A DNA stretch of 64,000 bases from assembly GCA_047626195.1 (NCBI GenBank), contig JBLHSN010000002.1, forward strand, positions 229-64,228, in the 5' to 3' direction. Made by a program: the position numbers and the translations under genes. Of this stretch, positions 18,258-27,950 are shown in pieces. Position 1 is the first letter of the stretch, and the number at the start of each line of letters is the position of its first letter. Source of the stretch: Myxococcota bacterium. GTDB taxonomy: Bacteria; Myxococcota_A; UBA796; GCA-2862545. The notes under the pieces are model-generated. The model made no database searches. It worked only from the letters and a program-made list of their open reading frames with translations, and was not told where the DNA came from.

Positions 18258-19085
18258 CTAGGGAATGACGAAGTCGGCTCGGATGGCGCGGTGGTCTGAG
18301 CGCTCGTCATCGTCGCGGCAATAGCTGTGGTTGGTGTTCAAAATTTCTGTACTCGCGGGCCACTCTTGCGCTTCGCCAGCAACAAACACGAAGTCCAAGA
18401 CACTGTTGTAGCTGAAGTTGCACTGCGTCATGATGAGTTCTTCGGGACGTACCCAGGTCCACGTTCCGTCTGCGACCATGTTGTCGTAGCCGAGGTCGTG
18501 GTCGTCATCACCGCCTTCAACAACCCAGTCGAAGTTGAAGTCCCCCAGGCTGATGGCCGGCAGGGTCTGCTCGGTTGCCCACTGGTTCATCAGTGCGCCT
18601 TGTTCATGCCTGTAGCGGTCTTGTGAACGCCAGAAGTGGTTGGTAACAACCAGGAACTCAGCACCGTTGTCGACAGCGCGGAAGTGACCCACGAGCGGTG
18701 CCCGGCCGCTATCTCCGACATCGATGGATTGGAGTTCGTACGAGCTGATAAGCTCAAGCTGGGCGGGGTCCCACAACATGGCCAAGCGGATGAAGCTTCC
18801 GGCTCCAAGCACGTACTCAAACGGCTTGTCGGGGTCGCCACTGGCGATGGCGGCTAGGTCGACGAGAAAGGAGCGGCTTGGAACCTCGGATAGGCCCCAA
18901 AATGCTTCGCCAATGACCTCGTCCATGACCGTTGCGGCCAACCCTTCTGTTGTTGATTCATTGCCTTCGACGTTGAAGGCAATCATCGACATCTCGACGG
19001 GTGAGCGGGATATCTCAGTGCCCACATCCGCCGAATCATCGGACGGCGCAGGGGTACATGCGGCAAGAAGTACGGCGATAAACAT
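18258..19085 (-). CDS. endonuclease/exonuclease/phosphatase (EEP) family lipoprotein
   Basis: Lipobox VLLAACTP. EEP motifs: AFNVEGNE, VVTNHFWRS, LGDFNFD, and C-terminal RSDHRAIRADF. Confidence 0.8.
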   Translation of the reverse strand: MFIAVLLAACTPAPSDDSADVGTEISRSPVEMSMIAFNVEGNESTTEGLAATVMDEVIGEAFWGLSEVPSRSFLVDLAAIASGDPDKPFEYVLGAGSFIRLAMLWDPAQLELISSYELQSIDVGDSGRAPLVGHFRAVDNGAEFLVVTNHFWRSQDRYRHEQGALMNQWATEQTLPAISLGDFNFDWVVEGGDDDHDLGYDNMVADGTWTWVRPEELIMTQCNFSYNSVLDFVFVAGEAQEWPASTEILNTNHSYCRDDDERSDHRAIRADFVIP

Positions 19086-19370
19086 GTCGGAGTCTTACCC
19101 GGAAAGAAGTCCGCTTGTCGCAGCAGGCAGATGCGGAGAGCAAAAATGACTGCCCGCCGTTGAGTCAGTGTCGTCGGTAGTGTGCGGGCCTGTAGGGCCT
19201 TCTGCGTACTTCCCCGGTCATTGCTGACGTCTTCGGCGCTGCAGGCAGATGCTCTTGATGGCGTTGCGACATGGTTCCAATAGGTGGCACCTGGCCGCTT
19301 TGTTGCCTTGGGGTCGGATTGTGTGTGATGCACTCGGCCGGCACCTTCCGTGATGCGATCGATAGCGCGG

Positions 19371-20282
19371 CTACGATGCCTTGAGTAAGGACAGCTGCGG
19401 GCTGCTTTGATGGGCGAGACGTTGGTGGGAGACGCGAGGCCAGGTGAGCAGCCCACCGCGGGCCAAAGCGTCTTGGCGAAATGCGAGCGGACAGCGAACG
19501 AGACTGCCAGGCTCAATACGGTACAGATCGGCCTGACTGCGAACGACAACCATCGGGCGGCTGGGCAAGTCGATGAACTGCCACGGACGGGACTTGTCGG
19601 AGTCCCAGATGGCGTAGCCCTTCGTTTGGTTGGCTTCACTCCAAGATGTTCGCTCTGTGCTCCCAGGCGTCACCACGGTGCAGCCATCCAACTGAACGGC
19701 CTGGCGTGGGTGGATGTGGCCGCAGAGAACATGGGACACACGACGAGGGATGTGCTGGGCGCCGAGGGTGTCTGCTGGCTTGCCAATTCGGAAAGTGAGT
19801 CCCGGAACCGCCTGGCCGTCGAATCCTTGATGAGCCACCAGCCAGTCCGTTCCAATTCCCACGGCTTGTTCGGCTGCGTGTACCCATGCGCTGGGAGTCC
19901 GGCGATAGGGTACCAGTCCAATCGCGACGCCGCCGATGACGACGCGTGTGGGTCGGTCGCAAACGGTCAGGCCTGGAGCGCCGATAGGAAGCGTTCGACA
20001 CACTCCGTTTCTGTCGTGGTTGCCAGGAATGACAAAGGTGGGAACCCGGCGTGCGACGGCCCGGAGCAGTCGGTCTGCGGTTGCGATGGCCGACTGGGGT
20101 GGGCGAGAACGGTCAAATACGTCTCCGCTGTGAATGACAGCGTCGACCTCACCACGCAGGGCCGGTGCCAAAGCGTGTTCCATTGCCGCGGCGTGGTCAT
20201 GGGCTCGTGTCCAGCCGGCATGGGCTCCTTCATAGGAGCGTCGGATGCCTAAGTGTGTGTCGGTGAGGTGTAGGAGCTTCAT
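19371..20282 (-). CDS. metallophosphoesterase (SbcD/Mre11-like calcineurin fold)
   Basis: Start moved to MKLLHLTDTHLG (ATG at 20282), which avoids overlapping pabB. Motifs DxH (LTDTH), GD (HSGDVFD), GNHD (IPGNHD) and GHxH (CGHIH). Confidence 0.8.
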   Translation of the reverse strand: MKLLHLTDTHLGIRRSYEGAHAGWTRAHDHAAAMEHALAPALRGEVDAVIHSGDVFDRSRPPQSAIATADRLLRAVARRVPTFVIPGNHDRNGVCRTLPIGAPGLTVCDRPTRVVIGGVAIGLVPYRRTPSAWVHAAEQAVGIGTDWLVAHQGFDGQAVPGLTFRIGKPADTLGAQHIPRRVSHVLCGHIHPRQAVQLDGCTVVTPGSTERTSWSEANQTKGYAIWDSDKSRPWQFIDLPSRPMVVVRSQADLYRIEPGSLVRCPLAFRQDALARGGLLTWPRVSHQRLAHQSSPQLSLLKAS

Positions 20283-20292
20283 GCCCTTGGTT

Positions 20293-21594
20293 CTAAGAGC
20301 GCTTCGACCAGAAATTGTCCGCGTCGAAATCTTCTTTCGACAACGCTGGTTCTGGATGGAGCGCTTTGGCCAGCGCGAGGCCCTTTGCCTCGGTCTCCAG
20401 CCACTCAGCCCGTGGCTCCGACTCGGCAACAATGCCCCCGCCCACATGGTACCGGGCATTGGTTCCATGAATCACGGCGGTTCGAATGGCAACGGACCAC
20501 CGTGCATCCCCACCGTCGGAGACGAATCCGATACCCCCACAGTACACACCACGGGGCTGGCTCTCCAGCTCATGAATCCGCTTGCACGCGCGCACCTTGG
20601 GAGCGCCGGTCACTGACCCGTAGGGCAACAGGGCCGCGAGCACGTCCCATGCATCTGTGCCTGCATTGAGCTCCGCTCGTATTCGCTGAGACGCATGGTG
20701 GACGTTGGCGTGGGCCTGAATGTGCCGATTTCCAGCAACGACGGTCCCTGGCTGGGCAACCTTCCCCAGGTCGTTGCGCAGCAAGTCCACAATCATGGTC
20801 AACTCTGCACGCTCTTTTGGGCTGGCTTCAAGTTCCGCGGCCAATCGGGCATCGGTCTGCTCGTCTGCGGCTCGGGGACGCGTGCCCTTAATGGGCTCGG
20901 CTAGCGCCATCCCGTTGTGAACGCGCACCAACAATTCGGGGCTATTCGACAGCACGGCGAGGTCGCTCGCCAAGCGAAGATAGGCGCCGAACCGCGCACT
21001 AGATGTGGTGCGAAGGCGCCGGTACGCGTCTGCTGCAGGGCCGACGCCGCTGACGTGTACGGCGCGAGACAGGTTTACCTGGTAGCAATCGCCTTCACCG
21101 ATAAACGAGAGGATACGACGGACGGAGGCTTCGTAGCAGTCTCTCGAGATGGTGGTGGCGGTTCCGCTCGGCTGCCCCGGGAAGCGAGGGGGACGGGCTG
21201 CGTGCAGGACCTCATTGGCCTGCCGGCGAAAGGCGTCCGTTCCGGCGACGTGCCATTGGCGGGTAGGGTGATGCCAGCACAGGCCGCCGTCATAGCGGCC
21301 AAGCCAGATCGGGGGTTCTGGAGTGGCGCCGTCTGGAGGGACCGACTCGACTGTGTGCCCAACCCCGTAGCCAAGGTACCCGAGAACGCCGCCTTGAAAC
21401 GGGCAGTCTTGAGAGGCCGCCGGCCGCACGTTGGCCCGTGCGAAGGCTTGCCAGCCGGTCAGGGTGGTGTGAACGTCTGTCGGAGACCAGGTCAGGATGG
21501 ACCATCCGTTCGCGGACGCACCACCATCAAGCCATACCGAGCCATTAAGTTCGCTAATTTGCGAAAAAACATGTTCGGGAAGGGGGGGCGTCAT
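20293..21594 (-). CDS. pabB: aminodeoxychorismate synthase component I (chorismate-binding enzyme)
   Basis: 433 aa. EPIKGTRPR, TMIVDLLRNDLG, GSVTGAPKVRA, RGVYCGGIGF, SVAIRT, GGGIVAES. The short N-terminus favours PabB over TrpE. PabB versus other MST-family members cannot be settled by eye. Confidence 0.75.
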   Translation of the reverse strand: MTPPLPEHVFSQISELNGSVWLDGGASANGWSILTWSPTDVHTTLTGWQAFARANVRPAASQDCPFQGGVLGYLGYGVGHTVESVPPDGATPEPPIWLGRYDGGLCWHHPTRQWHVAGTDAFRRQANEVLHAARPPRFPGQPSGTATTISRDCYEASVRRILSFIGEGDCYQVNLSRAVHVSGVGPAADAYRRLRTTSSARFGAYLRLASDLAVLSNSPELLVRVHNGMALAEPIKGTRPRAADEQTDARLAAELEASPKERAELTMIVDLLRNDLGKVAQPGTVVAGNRHIQAHANVHHASQRIRAELNAGTDAWDVLAALLPYGSVTGAPKVRACKRIHELESQPRGVYCGGIGFVSDGGDARWSVAIRTAVIHGTNARYHVGGGIVAESEPRAEWLETEAKGLALAKALHPEPALSKEDFDADNFWSKRS

Positions 21595-21686
21595 CCGCTG
21601 TCATCGCTCCATGGGATGACTTCCGGTATGCTGCGGGTCCGTACGGCACACGGTCCAATTGTGTTGCGGCCAGACAGGGAGACAGC

Positions 21687-22394
21687 ATGGTGCGAATTGC
21701 AGTAGTCACGAGCGGGTTTATTGCGTTGTTGGGATGCTCGGCCATTGAGTCAGAAGACCTTCTCACATCCGGAATGTACGCGGATGTCGTGGTCACAGCG
21801 GATGGCGAAGGAACCTCAGACGTACTGGCCACCCTTCGGGCAGGCGGTGCACTGTCCACTACGTTCGTAGAGCTTACCGGCGATGATGTCCTGACGGTCA
21901 CGCTTGCGGAAGAGACGGTGATCATGAACGAGATCTCCCTTGGGAATCTCAACAGCTTTGTGGCGGAGTTCCAGACCGATGAACCCGGCATTGACTACAC
22001 TATTTCGCTGGAGCGCTCCCTAGATGAAGGGGCGCCAAGCACCGTTATCCGGCTGCCAGCGGCCTTTGTTGTCGACGCGCCGACAATCAGCGAGTTTGCG
22101 AGGTCGACCGAAGATCTCACCGTCACATGGACGCCATCAGACAGCGGTGACAATATGCGGGTGACGGTGGATGGCGACTGTTTCTTGCTGCGGGTGGACG
22201 ACCTCTCGGGCGACCCCGGAACGTGGACTCTCGCGGGCGGTTTGTTGGAGGACACCGGTACGGAGTCGACGAACTGCGAAGCCGACATCACCATTGAGCG
22301 ACGTCTGCTCGGTGTCTTGGACCCCAACTACAGCGAAGGTGGGAGCGCTACCGGTGTTCAGCAACGCACGGTGAGCATCGAGTCCACGCCCTAA
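21687..22394 (+). CDS. lipoprotein, function unknown
   Basis: Signal and lipobox SGFIALLGCSAIE. 235 aa, acidic and Thr-rich. Its stop overlaps the thiE stop convergently (22391-22394). Confidence 0.55.
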   Translation: MVRIAVVTSGFIALLGCSAIESEDLLTSGMYADVVVTADGEGTSDVLATLRAGGALSTTFVELTGDDVLTVTLAEETVIMNEISLGNLNSFVAEFQTDEPGIDYTISLERSLDEGAPSTVIRLPAAFVVDAPTISEFARSTEDLTVTWTPSDSGDNMRVTVDGDCFLLRVDDLSGDPGTWTLAGGLLEDTGTESTNCEADITIERRLLGVLDPNYSEGGSATGVQQRTVSIESTP

Positions 22395-23035
22395 ATGCGG
22401 AGCAGGGACTGCGTCGCTCTGACTCGGTCATCGGCGTCGCGAATGGTACCAATCACTGCCCATGCGTCGACGCCAAGAGCGAGCAGGGCTGGCAGGCGAT
22501 CGGCAGTCACGCCCCCAATAGCGACAAGGGGCGTTGTCTTCGGCACGCGTTGACGAACCTTGGCTAGCTCATCGAGGCCGCGTGATCCTTTGTCGCGGTC
22601 GGTGTTCGTCGTTGGCCAGATGGGGCCGAAAGCGAGGTAGTCTGCGTCTCGCAGGGCCTCGTCGATATCGACGAGACTGTGAGTGGACCGACCCAGGAGT
22701 GCGCCGACCGGCATCTGCTTGCGTGCGGTGATGGTGTCGACGTCGAGCTGGCCCAGATGAACACCCTGCGCCCCAACGGATCCTACCAAGTGAGCATGGT
22801 CGTTCAAGATGAACAGTGCACCGGCGTTGGTGCAATACCGTCCGATACGCACGCCCACGTGTACAATGTCGTCCTCGGACCACCCCTTGCACCGGAGCTG
22901 TAAAAGTCGACATCCGCCTGCCAACAGGGATATGGCCAATTTTTCAGGGTCACAGGCGGCGCCCCCAGCGTCCGCGATGCCGTATAGGCCACGGATTCGC
23001 TCGTGTAGTCCACGGGTTTCAACTATTAAAGCCAT
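22391..23035 (-). CDS. thiE: thiamine-phosphate synthase
   Basis: 214 aa. LYGIAD, RLLQLRCKG, FILNDHAHL, GVHLGQLD, LLGRSTHS, YLAFGPIWPTTNT, LVAIGGV. Confidence 0.85.
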   Translation of the reverse strand: MALIVETRGLHERIRGLYGIADAGGAACDPEKLAISLLAGGCRLLQLRCKGWSEDDIVHVGVRIGRYCTNAGALFILNDHAHLVGSVGAQGVHLGQLDVDTITARKQMPVGALLGRSTHSLVDIDEALRDADYLAFGPIWPTTNTDRDKGSRGLDELAKVRQRVPKTTPLVAIGGVTADRLPALLALGVDAWAVIGTIRDADDRVRATQSLLRI

Positions 23036-23101
23036 TGACGCCTCTCCACGTTCCGGTAATATCCGCAGCGGGAAGGGAGGGTCCTCGTCAGGAGAATTAG
23101 A

Positions 23102-25012
23102 ATGCGTATCTCGCTGGTGGCGGCACTATCGCTTGCTGGCCTCGTCTGGAGTAGCCTAGCAGCTGCCCAGACATCTCCAAATAACCTTCCCGTAGCCTCC
23201 CCGGCTGCGGACGCGCCAGCGTCATCGGAAGGTACCGACACCCCGACCTCAGCGGAGGGGACATTGAGCGCCGACGACTTGCCGGACGCTGATGAACCCG
23301 CTCTTGAGGCTCCTGGTGACGGCGTGTGGACCTGGGTTTCCAGGTTTGAGCGCGGTAATGCGGATCCGGAGATGGAACAGGCTGTCGAAGAAGCCCTCGA
23401 AGAAGAACGACAAGAAGCGGTGTTGACGGATGAATTCGCAGTCGCGGCGATTCCTGTTGACTACTACACAGATCCGTCTGCCGCTCTGCACACGGACCCG
23501 CTGTTCTTGGACCGGGTTGACCCCGCCGAGTTCGACATCCCAGTGGTCGTCAATGCGTCGGTGGAGAAGTGGGTTCGCTACTTCACTGGGCCCGGGCGCA
23601 GGCATTATGCGCGTTGGATGGGGCGATCTACTACTTATCGGCCCATGATGTACGAGAAGCTAGACGCAGCCGGTCTGCCGCGAGATCTTGTATACTTGTC
23701 GATGATCGAGAGTGGCTACAATGCCCATGCGTACAGCCATGCGGCAGCCGCTGGCCTCTGGCAGTTCATCCCGAGCACCGGGCGTATGTACGGACTCCGG
23801 GTTGACTCATGGGTTGACCAGCGTCGTGACCCGCACATGTCGACCGACTCGTCGATCAAGTTCCTTGGCGAGCTGAACGACATGTTTGGCGATTGGTACT
23901 TGGCTTGGGGCGCCTATAATGCAGGCCCTGGCCGCATCCGTCGCGCTGTTCGCAACTCCGGCTCGGAAGACTTCTGGACGATTCAAGCGGGCGACCACTT
24001 GCATCCAGAGACCGACAACTACGTGCCCAAGATCATCGCTGCTGCCATTATTGGCAAGCATCCAGAGCGGTACGGCTTCACCGACATTGAATTCCAAGCT
24101 CCGTTGTCAGTTGAGCAGGAAATGGTCGAAGGCCAGGTCGAGATCAGCGTGCTCGCTGGTTGTGCAGGCCTGTCAGTCGACGAGTTCAAGCGCTTGAACC
24201 CCTCCCTGCGGGCCTTCACAACCCCTACGGGCAGTACGCGCATCAACGTTCCTTCGGGCATGCAGCGTCAGTTCGTCGCAGCGCTCGAGGCGGTTCCTGC
24301 AAGCCGCCGAGTGACGACGACCTACCATACGGTCCGTCGCGGCGAGACCCTGTCGGTCATTGCTGGTCGTTACGGAAGCTCGGTCTCGAACATCTCACGG
24401 GCAAACGGTCTTCACAATGCCGACCATATCTACGTGGGTATGCGTCTTCGTATTCCGCGAGATGGCTCGGCTGCTGCGTTGGCGTCAACGAGTTCTGCAC
24501 CTACTAGTAGCGCTACTCGCCCCACCACACCGTCGCGTCCTTCGTCGCATACGGTACGGCGCGGAGACACGTTGTCCGAAATTGCGACCCGCTACGGTGT
24601 GTCACAGGGCAACCTAAAGAGCTGGAACTCTCTGCGGTCGGACACCGTCTACTTGGGCCAAGTGCTCAAGGTGTCGGGAAGTGGAAGTTCTACAGCTTCC
24701 TCGGGTGGAAGTACCCGCACGCATGTGGTTGCTCGTGGTGAGAACCTGTCGACGATTGCAGCCCGGTACGGCGTGTCCCTGGCAAATGTGAAGAGCTGGA
24801 ACAACATCAGTAATGCCTCGCACATTACCGTTGGACAGCGCTTGAGCATTCGCGGCAGTGGGCCGGTTTGGAACACGGTAACGGTCCGAAACGGTGACAG
24901 CTTGGGACGCATTGCTACGCGAGAAGGGGTATCGGTATCCCAACTGCGTGAGTGGAATGACATCTCTGGCTCGGTCATCCATCCGGGCCAACGTTTACGG
25001 GTTCGGCGATGA
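23102..25012 (+). CDS. mltD: membrane-bound lytic murein transglycosylase D-like protein with four LysM domains
   Basis: Signal peptide. SLT domain LVYLSMIESGYNAHAYSHAAAAGLWQFIPSTG and AYNAGPGRIRRAV. Four C-terminal LysM repeats (YHTVRRGETLSVIAGRYG..., HTVRRGDTLSEIATRYG..., HVVARGENLSTIAARYG..., VTVRNGDSLGRIATREG...). Confidence 0.85.
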   Translation: MRISLVAALSLAGLVWSSLAAAQTSPNNLPVASPAADAPASSEGTDTPTSAEGTLSADDLPDADEPALEAPGDGVWTWVSRFERGNADPEMEQAVEEALEEERQEAVLTDEFAVAAIPVDYYTDPSAALHTDPLFLDRVDPAEFDIPVVVNASVEKWVRYFTGPGRRHYARWMGRSTTYRPMMYEKLDAAGLPRDLVYLSMIESGYNAHAYSHAAAAGLWQFIPSTGRMYGLRVDSWVDQRRDPHMSTDSSIKFLGELNDMFGDWYLAWGAYNAGPGRIRRAVRNSGSEDFWTIQAGDHLHPETDNYVPKIIAAAIIGKHPERYGFTDIEFQAPLSVEQEMVEGQVEISVLAGCAGLSVDEFKRLNPSLRAFTTPTGSTRINVPSGMQRQFVAALEAVPASRRVTTTYHTVRRGETLSVIAGRYGSSVSNISRANGLHNADHIYVGMRLRIPRDGSAAALASTSSAPTSSATRPTTPSRPSSHTVRRGDTLSEIATRYGVSQGNLKSWNSLRSDTVYLGQVLKVSGSGSSTASSGGSTRTHVVARGENLSTIAARYGVSLANVKSWNNISNASHITVGQRLSIRGSGPVWNTVTVRNGDSLGRIATREGVSVSQLREWNDISGSVIHPGQRLRVRR

Positions 25013-25013
25013 C

Positions 25014-26264
25014 ATGATTCTGGTCCAAGACGCGCTTCGGCGCATACTTCAAGAAGTGCCTTCAGTACCCGTCGAGTCCGTTGGACTCGACGTCGCACTG
25101 GGACGCGTTTTGGCCGAAAATGTAAGTGCTACCATGGCTCTGCCCCGTTGGAATAACTCCGCCATGGACGGGTACGCCATACGTGCCGCGGACACCAAAC
25201 AGGGGGAAGTGACCCTGCGCCTCACAGAGGTAGTCGGCGCTGGGCATTTGCCCAAGTCGCCGGTTCCTCCTGGTTTTGCGTGCGGATTGATGACCGGCGC
25301 GCCACTTCCTGACGGCGCTGACGCCGTCGTGATTGTCGAGAATACGGATGGTAGCCGTCGTGACAGCGTGGTTGTGCGTGGTGTGGCGACCGTCGGCCAG
25401 AACATTCGCCGGCGAGGAGAGGATGTCCAGAAGGGCACCACCATCATCCAGTCTGGTACGCAACTCCGCCCCGGGCACCTGGCTTTACTGGCGTCGCAAG
25501 GACTCACAAGTGTCATGGTGAGTCGGAAGCCGGTTGTCGCTATTCTGACCACTGGAGATGAAGTCGTTGAACCGGGGCGTCCGCTCGGGCCTGGCCAAAT
25601 CTACAGCTCCAACGCTGTGTTATTGAAGGCCATGGTCGACGACGCCGGCGGTGATGGGGTGTACGCCGGTAACGCCATGGATGACCCACACAGCGTCGCA
25701 ACCCGACTACAGTGGTGTGTGGCTGAAGCAGACATCGTGGTCACGAGTGGCGGTGTAAGCGTCGGCGCCTTTGACCCGGTGAAGCGTGCTTTCGACTTGA
25801 TTGGCGCACGCGTTGACTTTTGGAAAGTGGCCATGCAGCCCGGAAAGCCACTCGCCTTCGGTGTTGTGGAGATGACCGGTCGTCGCACGCCACTCATTGG
25901 GCTTCCTGGAAACCCGACCAGCGCTGCAGTCTCCTGTTTGGAGTTTGTTCGGCCAATGGTTCGTGCTGCAATGGGCATCCGCCGGCCTATTATGCCGGTT
26001 TTGGCAGCGATTAGTGCAGATGACATTACCGTTCGGCCGGGCCGGTCGAAGTTTATCCGCGTGATGGTTGAATCGACCGACTCCGGACTGGTGGCGCGAC
26101 TCGCTGGAAAGCAGAGCAGCGGCATGGTGTCGACCTTCGCTCGTGCGAATGCGCTGCTGCATCTCCCCAGTGATAGCGAAGGCGTCAAAGCCGGGGCGCG
26201 GGTGAAGATTCAGCTTTTCGACCCTACTTGCCTCGACCGTTCCGACCTGGGGCTCATGGGCTGA
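25014..26264 (+). CDS. moeA: molybdopterin molybdenumtransferase
   Basis: ATG 25014 lies directly after the mltD stop. LPRWNNSAMDGYAI, GADAVV, ILTTGDEV, SSNAVLL, VVTSGGVSVG, GLPGNPTSA. Confidence 0.9.
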   Translation: MILVQDALRRILQEVPSVPVESVGLDVALGRVLAENVSATMALPRWNNSAMDGYAIRAADTKQGEVTLRLTEVVGAGHLPKSPVPPGFACGLMTGAPLPDGADAVVIVENTDGSRRDSVVVRGVATVGQNIRRRGEDVQKGTTIIQSGTQLRPGHLALLASQGLTSVMVSRKPVVAILTTGDEVVEPGRPLGPGQIYSSNAVLLKAMVDDAGGDGVYAGNAMDDPHSVATRLQWCVAEADIVVTSGGVSVGAFDPVKRAFDLIGARVDFWKVAMQPGKPLAFGVVEMTGRRTPLIGLPGNPTSAAVSCLEFVRPMVRAAMGIRRPIMPVLAAISADDITVRPGRSKFIRVMVESTDSGLVARLAGKQSSGMVSTFARANALLHLPSDSEGVKAGARVKIQLFDPTCLDRSDLGLMG

Positions 26265-26947
26265 TGGATGGTGTCGTCCTCGCTGGAGGGCGCTCGGTTC
26301 GCATGGATGCGGACAAGGGCCGTCTGCCAACGCCGGAAGGCCTGGCGTGGGCGGTTCACATGGCGCGGATACTGTCGAGTGTGTGCGCCCGCGTAGGCAT
26401 TGTCCGTCGGGAAGGGGCGTCTGCAAGTCCTTGGTTTGAGCCCGCTGGACTTCACATTCACGACATCTGGGAGTCTGCAGAGACGCCGCTGCATCCATTG
26501 ACCGGCCTAGCGACGGCGTGTCGGTGGAGCCGGACTCCGTTGGTGCTGGTGGTTCCCGTAGACCTTGTTCGCCTCAAAGTAGAGGATGTTCAGCAGTTGG
26601 TCGTGGCGACTCATCCTGGCGGCGCCACTGGCGAGGCTGACGTGTTGAAGGATGCGAGCGGAGCGCTGATCAGTGAGCAACCGCTGTTTGGTGTGTTTCC
26701 GAGAGCCCTCGCTCATCTAGCGACCGACTCGGCACAGCGGGGAGATGCGGTTCGTCACTTCTTAAATGGTGCTACTAAGGTCGCTTTGCCCAATGCGGAC
26801 CTACGCAATGCAAACCGTTGGTCTGACACAGGGTGGCCGCATCCGCTAGCGCAGCTACGGCAGCGAGGTGTGAGCGAGTGTGCTCTGGAGGCAGAACGGG
26901 AGCGGCTGCGCGCGCGCGGCCTGACGCTTCCGCCTGAACTAGGGTAA
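26264..26947 (+). CDS. mobA: molybdenum cofactor guanylyltransferase-like protein
   Basis: ATGA overlap with moeA. N-terminus MDGVVLAGGRSVRMDADKG (the GxxLAGGxxxRMG..DK motif), HPLTGL, and VVPVDLVRL (the pcDmP equivalent). The C-terminal ~60 aa are atypical. Confidence 0.65.
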   Translation: MDGVVLAGGRSVRMDADKGRLPTPEGLAWAVHMARILSSVCARVGIVRREGASASPWFEPAGLHIHDIWESAETPLHPLTGLATACRWSRTPLVLVVPVDLVRLKVEDVQQLVVATHPGGATGEADVLKDASGALISEQPLFGVFPRALAHLATDSAQRGDAVRHFLNGATKVALPNADLRNANRWSDTGWPHPLAQLRQRGVSECALEAERERLRARGLTLPPELG

Positions 26948-26966
26948 GGCCAGCGTTCAGGAGGCG

Positions 26967-27950
26967 TTGGTGGAACTGCCGAAACCGGTCCGACTACGAC
27001 GCGAGCCCACCGTTGCTGCATTTGAGGAGCGGCGCCTCGTACTGCGCGAGCGCGGGCTGAGCTCGGTGCATCGTGTCCAGGAGCTGTCCGAAGCCCAGCT
27101 TGATCTCGGTACGTCGTTGCGACAAGATCTGGCCGGCTTGACCGACCGCGGGAGTGCCATCGAGCAGCTCCAACAAGATGCGAATGCGGGGGTTCTGGCT
27201 GGCTTAGTTCGCCGATTGACCGCCCGACGAGACGCGCTTGCGCGACGCAGCGCGACTGCAGCCTTGGTGGAAAAGTATGAGGCTGTTCAGACCGCGCTGC
27301 GCCGGGCGACCGCATTGGCGGATGACCTCCGGGTGTGTGCGGTAGAGCTTCAGGGGGCGGTGGACGACCTACACGGGACACAGTCGGAGGCCGAGATCGA
27401 TGCGGTACAGGTTGCAACGCGTATCTTGGCGTTAGAGGCTGACCTGGTGAATCCCGTGTCGGCTCAAGTACGCGACCGTCTGCATTTTGAGCTGGCCAAT
27501 GAGAGCACGCGGCTCGAGCTTCTGGAGGGCATGGCCGAGCTGTCGAGAGAGCAGCTGGGCCCTGCTCGCCGTTTGCGTGACACTGTGCAGCGCCTTCACG
27601 CTCAGACGGCAAAGTACGTGCTGAATGCTGCTGGGACGGTGAACGAGGCCGGACGTAGCATCCAGGCGCTCGGAGTTGCAGCCGACGCTCCCTTGGTGGT
27701 GTTGGAGCTGCAACAAGCCCTGGCGGCTCTGAATGCCTCAATGGCGGGTGGGGATGACGTCATGGAGCTCGCGCAAGATCTTGTTGCGAACGTCTTGCCG
27801 GACCTGGATGCTCAGCTGTCTGCTGCGGATGAGACGCGCAGGTGGGTCGACAAGGGAGCGGGAGGCTTGAACGTGGCGCAGACCAAACTTCAGGCAGAGC
27901 GGGCACTGCGCCGTGCGGCTCGGGCGGAAGTGGATGCATTGGGCTCATGA
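26967..27950 (+). CDS. Ala/Arg/Leu-rich all-helical (coiled-coil) protein, function unknown
   Basis: 327-aa ORF. AGGAGG at 26959-26964 favours GTG 26970 over TTG 26967. Heptad-like, helix-rich sequence with almost no Lys. A TelA-like fold is possible but unverified. Confidence 0.55.
   Translation: MVELPKPVRLRREPTVAAFEERRLVLRERGLSSVHRVQELSEAQLDLGTSLRQDLAGLTDRGSAIEQLQQDANAGVLAGLVRRLTARRDALARRSATAALVEKYEAVQTALRRATALADDLRVCAVELQGAVDDLHGTQSEAEIDAVQVATRILALEADLVNPVSAQVRDRLHFELANESTRLELLEGMAELSREQLGPARRLRDTVQRLHAQTAKYVLNAAGTVNEAGRSIQALGVAADAPLVVLELQQALAALNASMAGGDDVMELAQDLVANVLPDLDAQLSAADETRRWVDKGAGGLNVAQTKLQAERALRRAARAEVDALGS

Noticed and set aside
19125-19255. 12-nt direct repeat gcaggcagatgc occurring twice in the EEP upstream region
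   Set aside because: It is short, has only two copies about 115 nt apart, and has no dyad symmetry. It could be chance in GC-rich DNA and cannot be supported without comparative data.
19285-19306. Second TGGCAC sigma-54-like hit (also one at 45358-45372)
   Set aside because: At 19285 the TTGC lies 12 nt away instead of 5, and the flanking genes are on the other strand. At 45358 the -12 position reads CGCT, so the GC dinucleotide is out of register.
19371-20468. Long form (365 aa) of the metallophosphoesterase ORF
   Set aside because: The extra 62 residues overlap the 3' end of pabB and are Arg/Ser-rich. The conserved DxH motif lies 6 residues after the internal Met at 20282.
23036-23101. 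TPP riboswitch upstream of thiE
   Set aside because: Only 66 nt are available and the conserved CUGAGA/ACCUGA elements are absent.
26755-27741. 328-aa minus-strand ORF antisense to the coiled-coil gene
   Set aside because: The product is Pro/Arg/Ser/Ala-rich with no structure or motifs. It overlaps mobA's 3' end and lacks an SD. The plus-strand pair shows AGGAGG and ATGA coupling.
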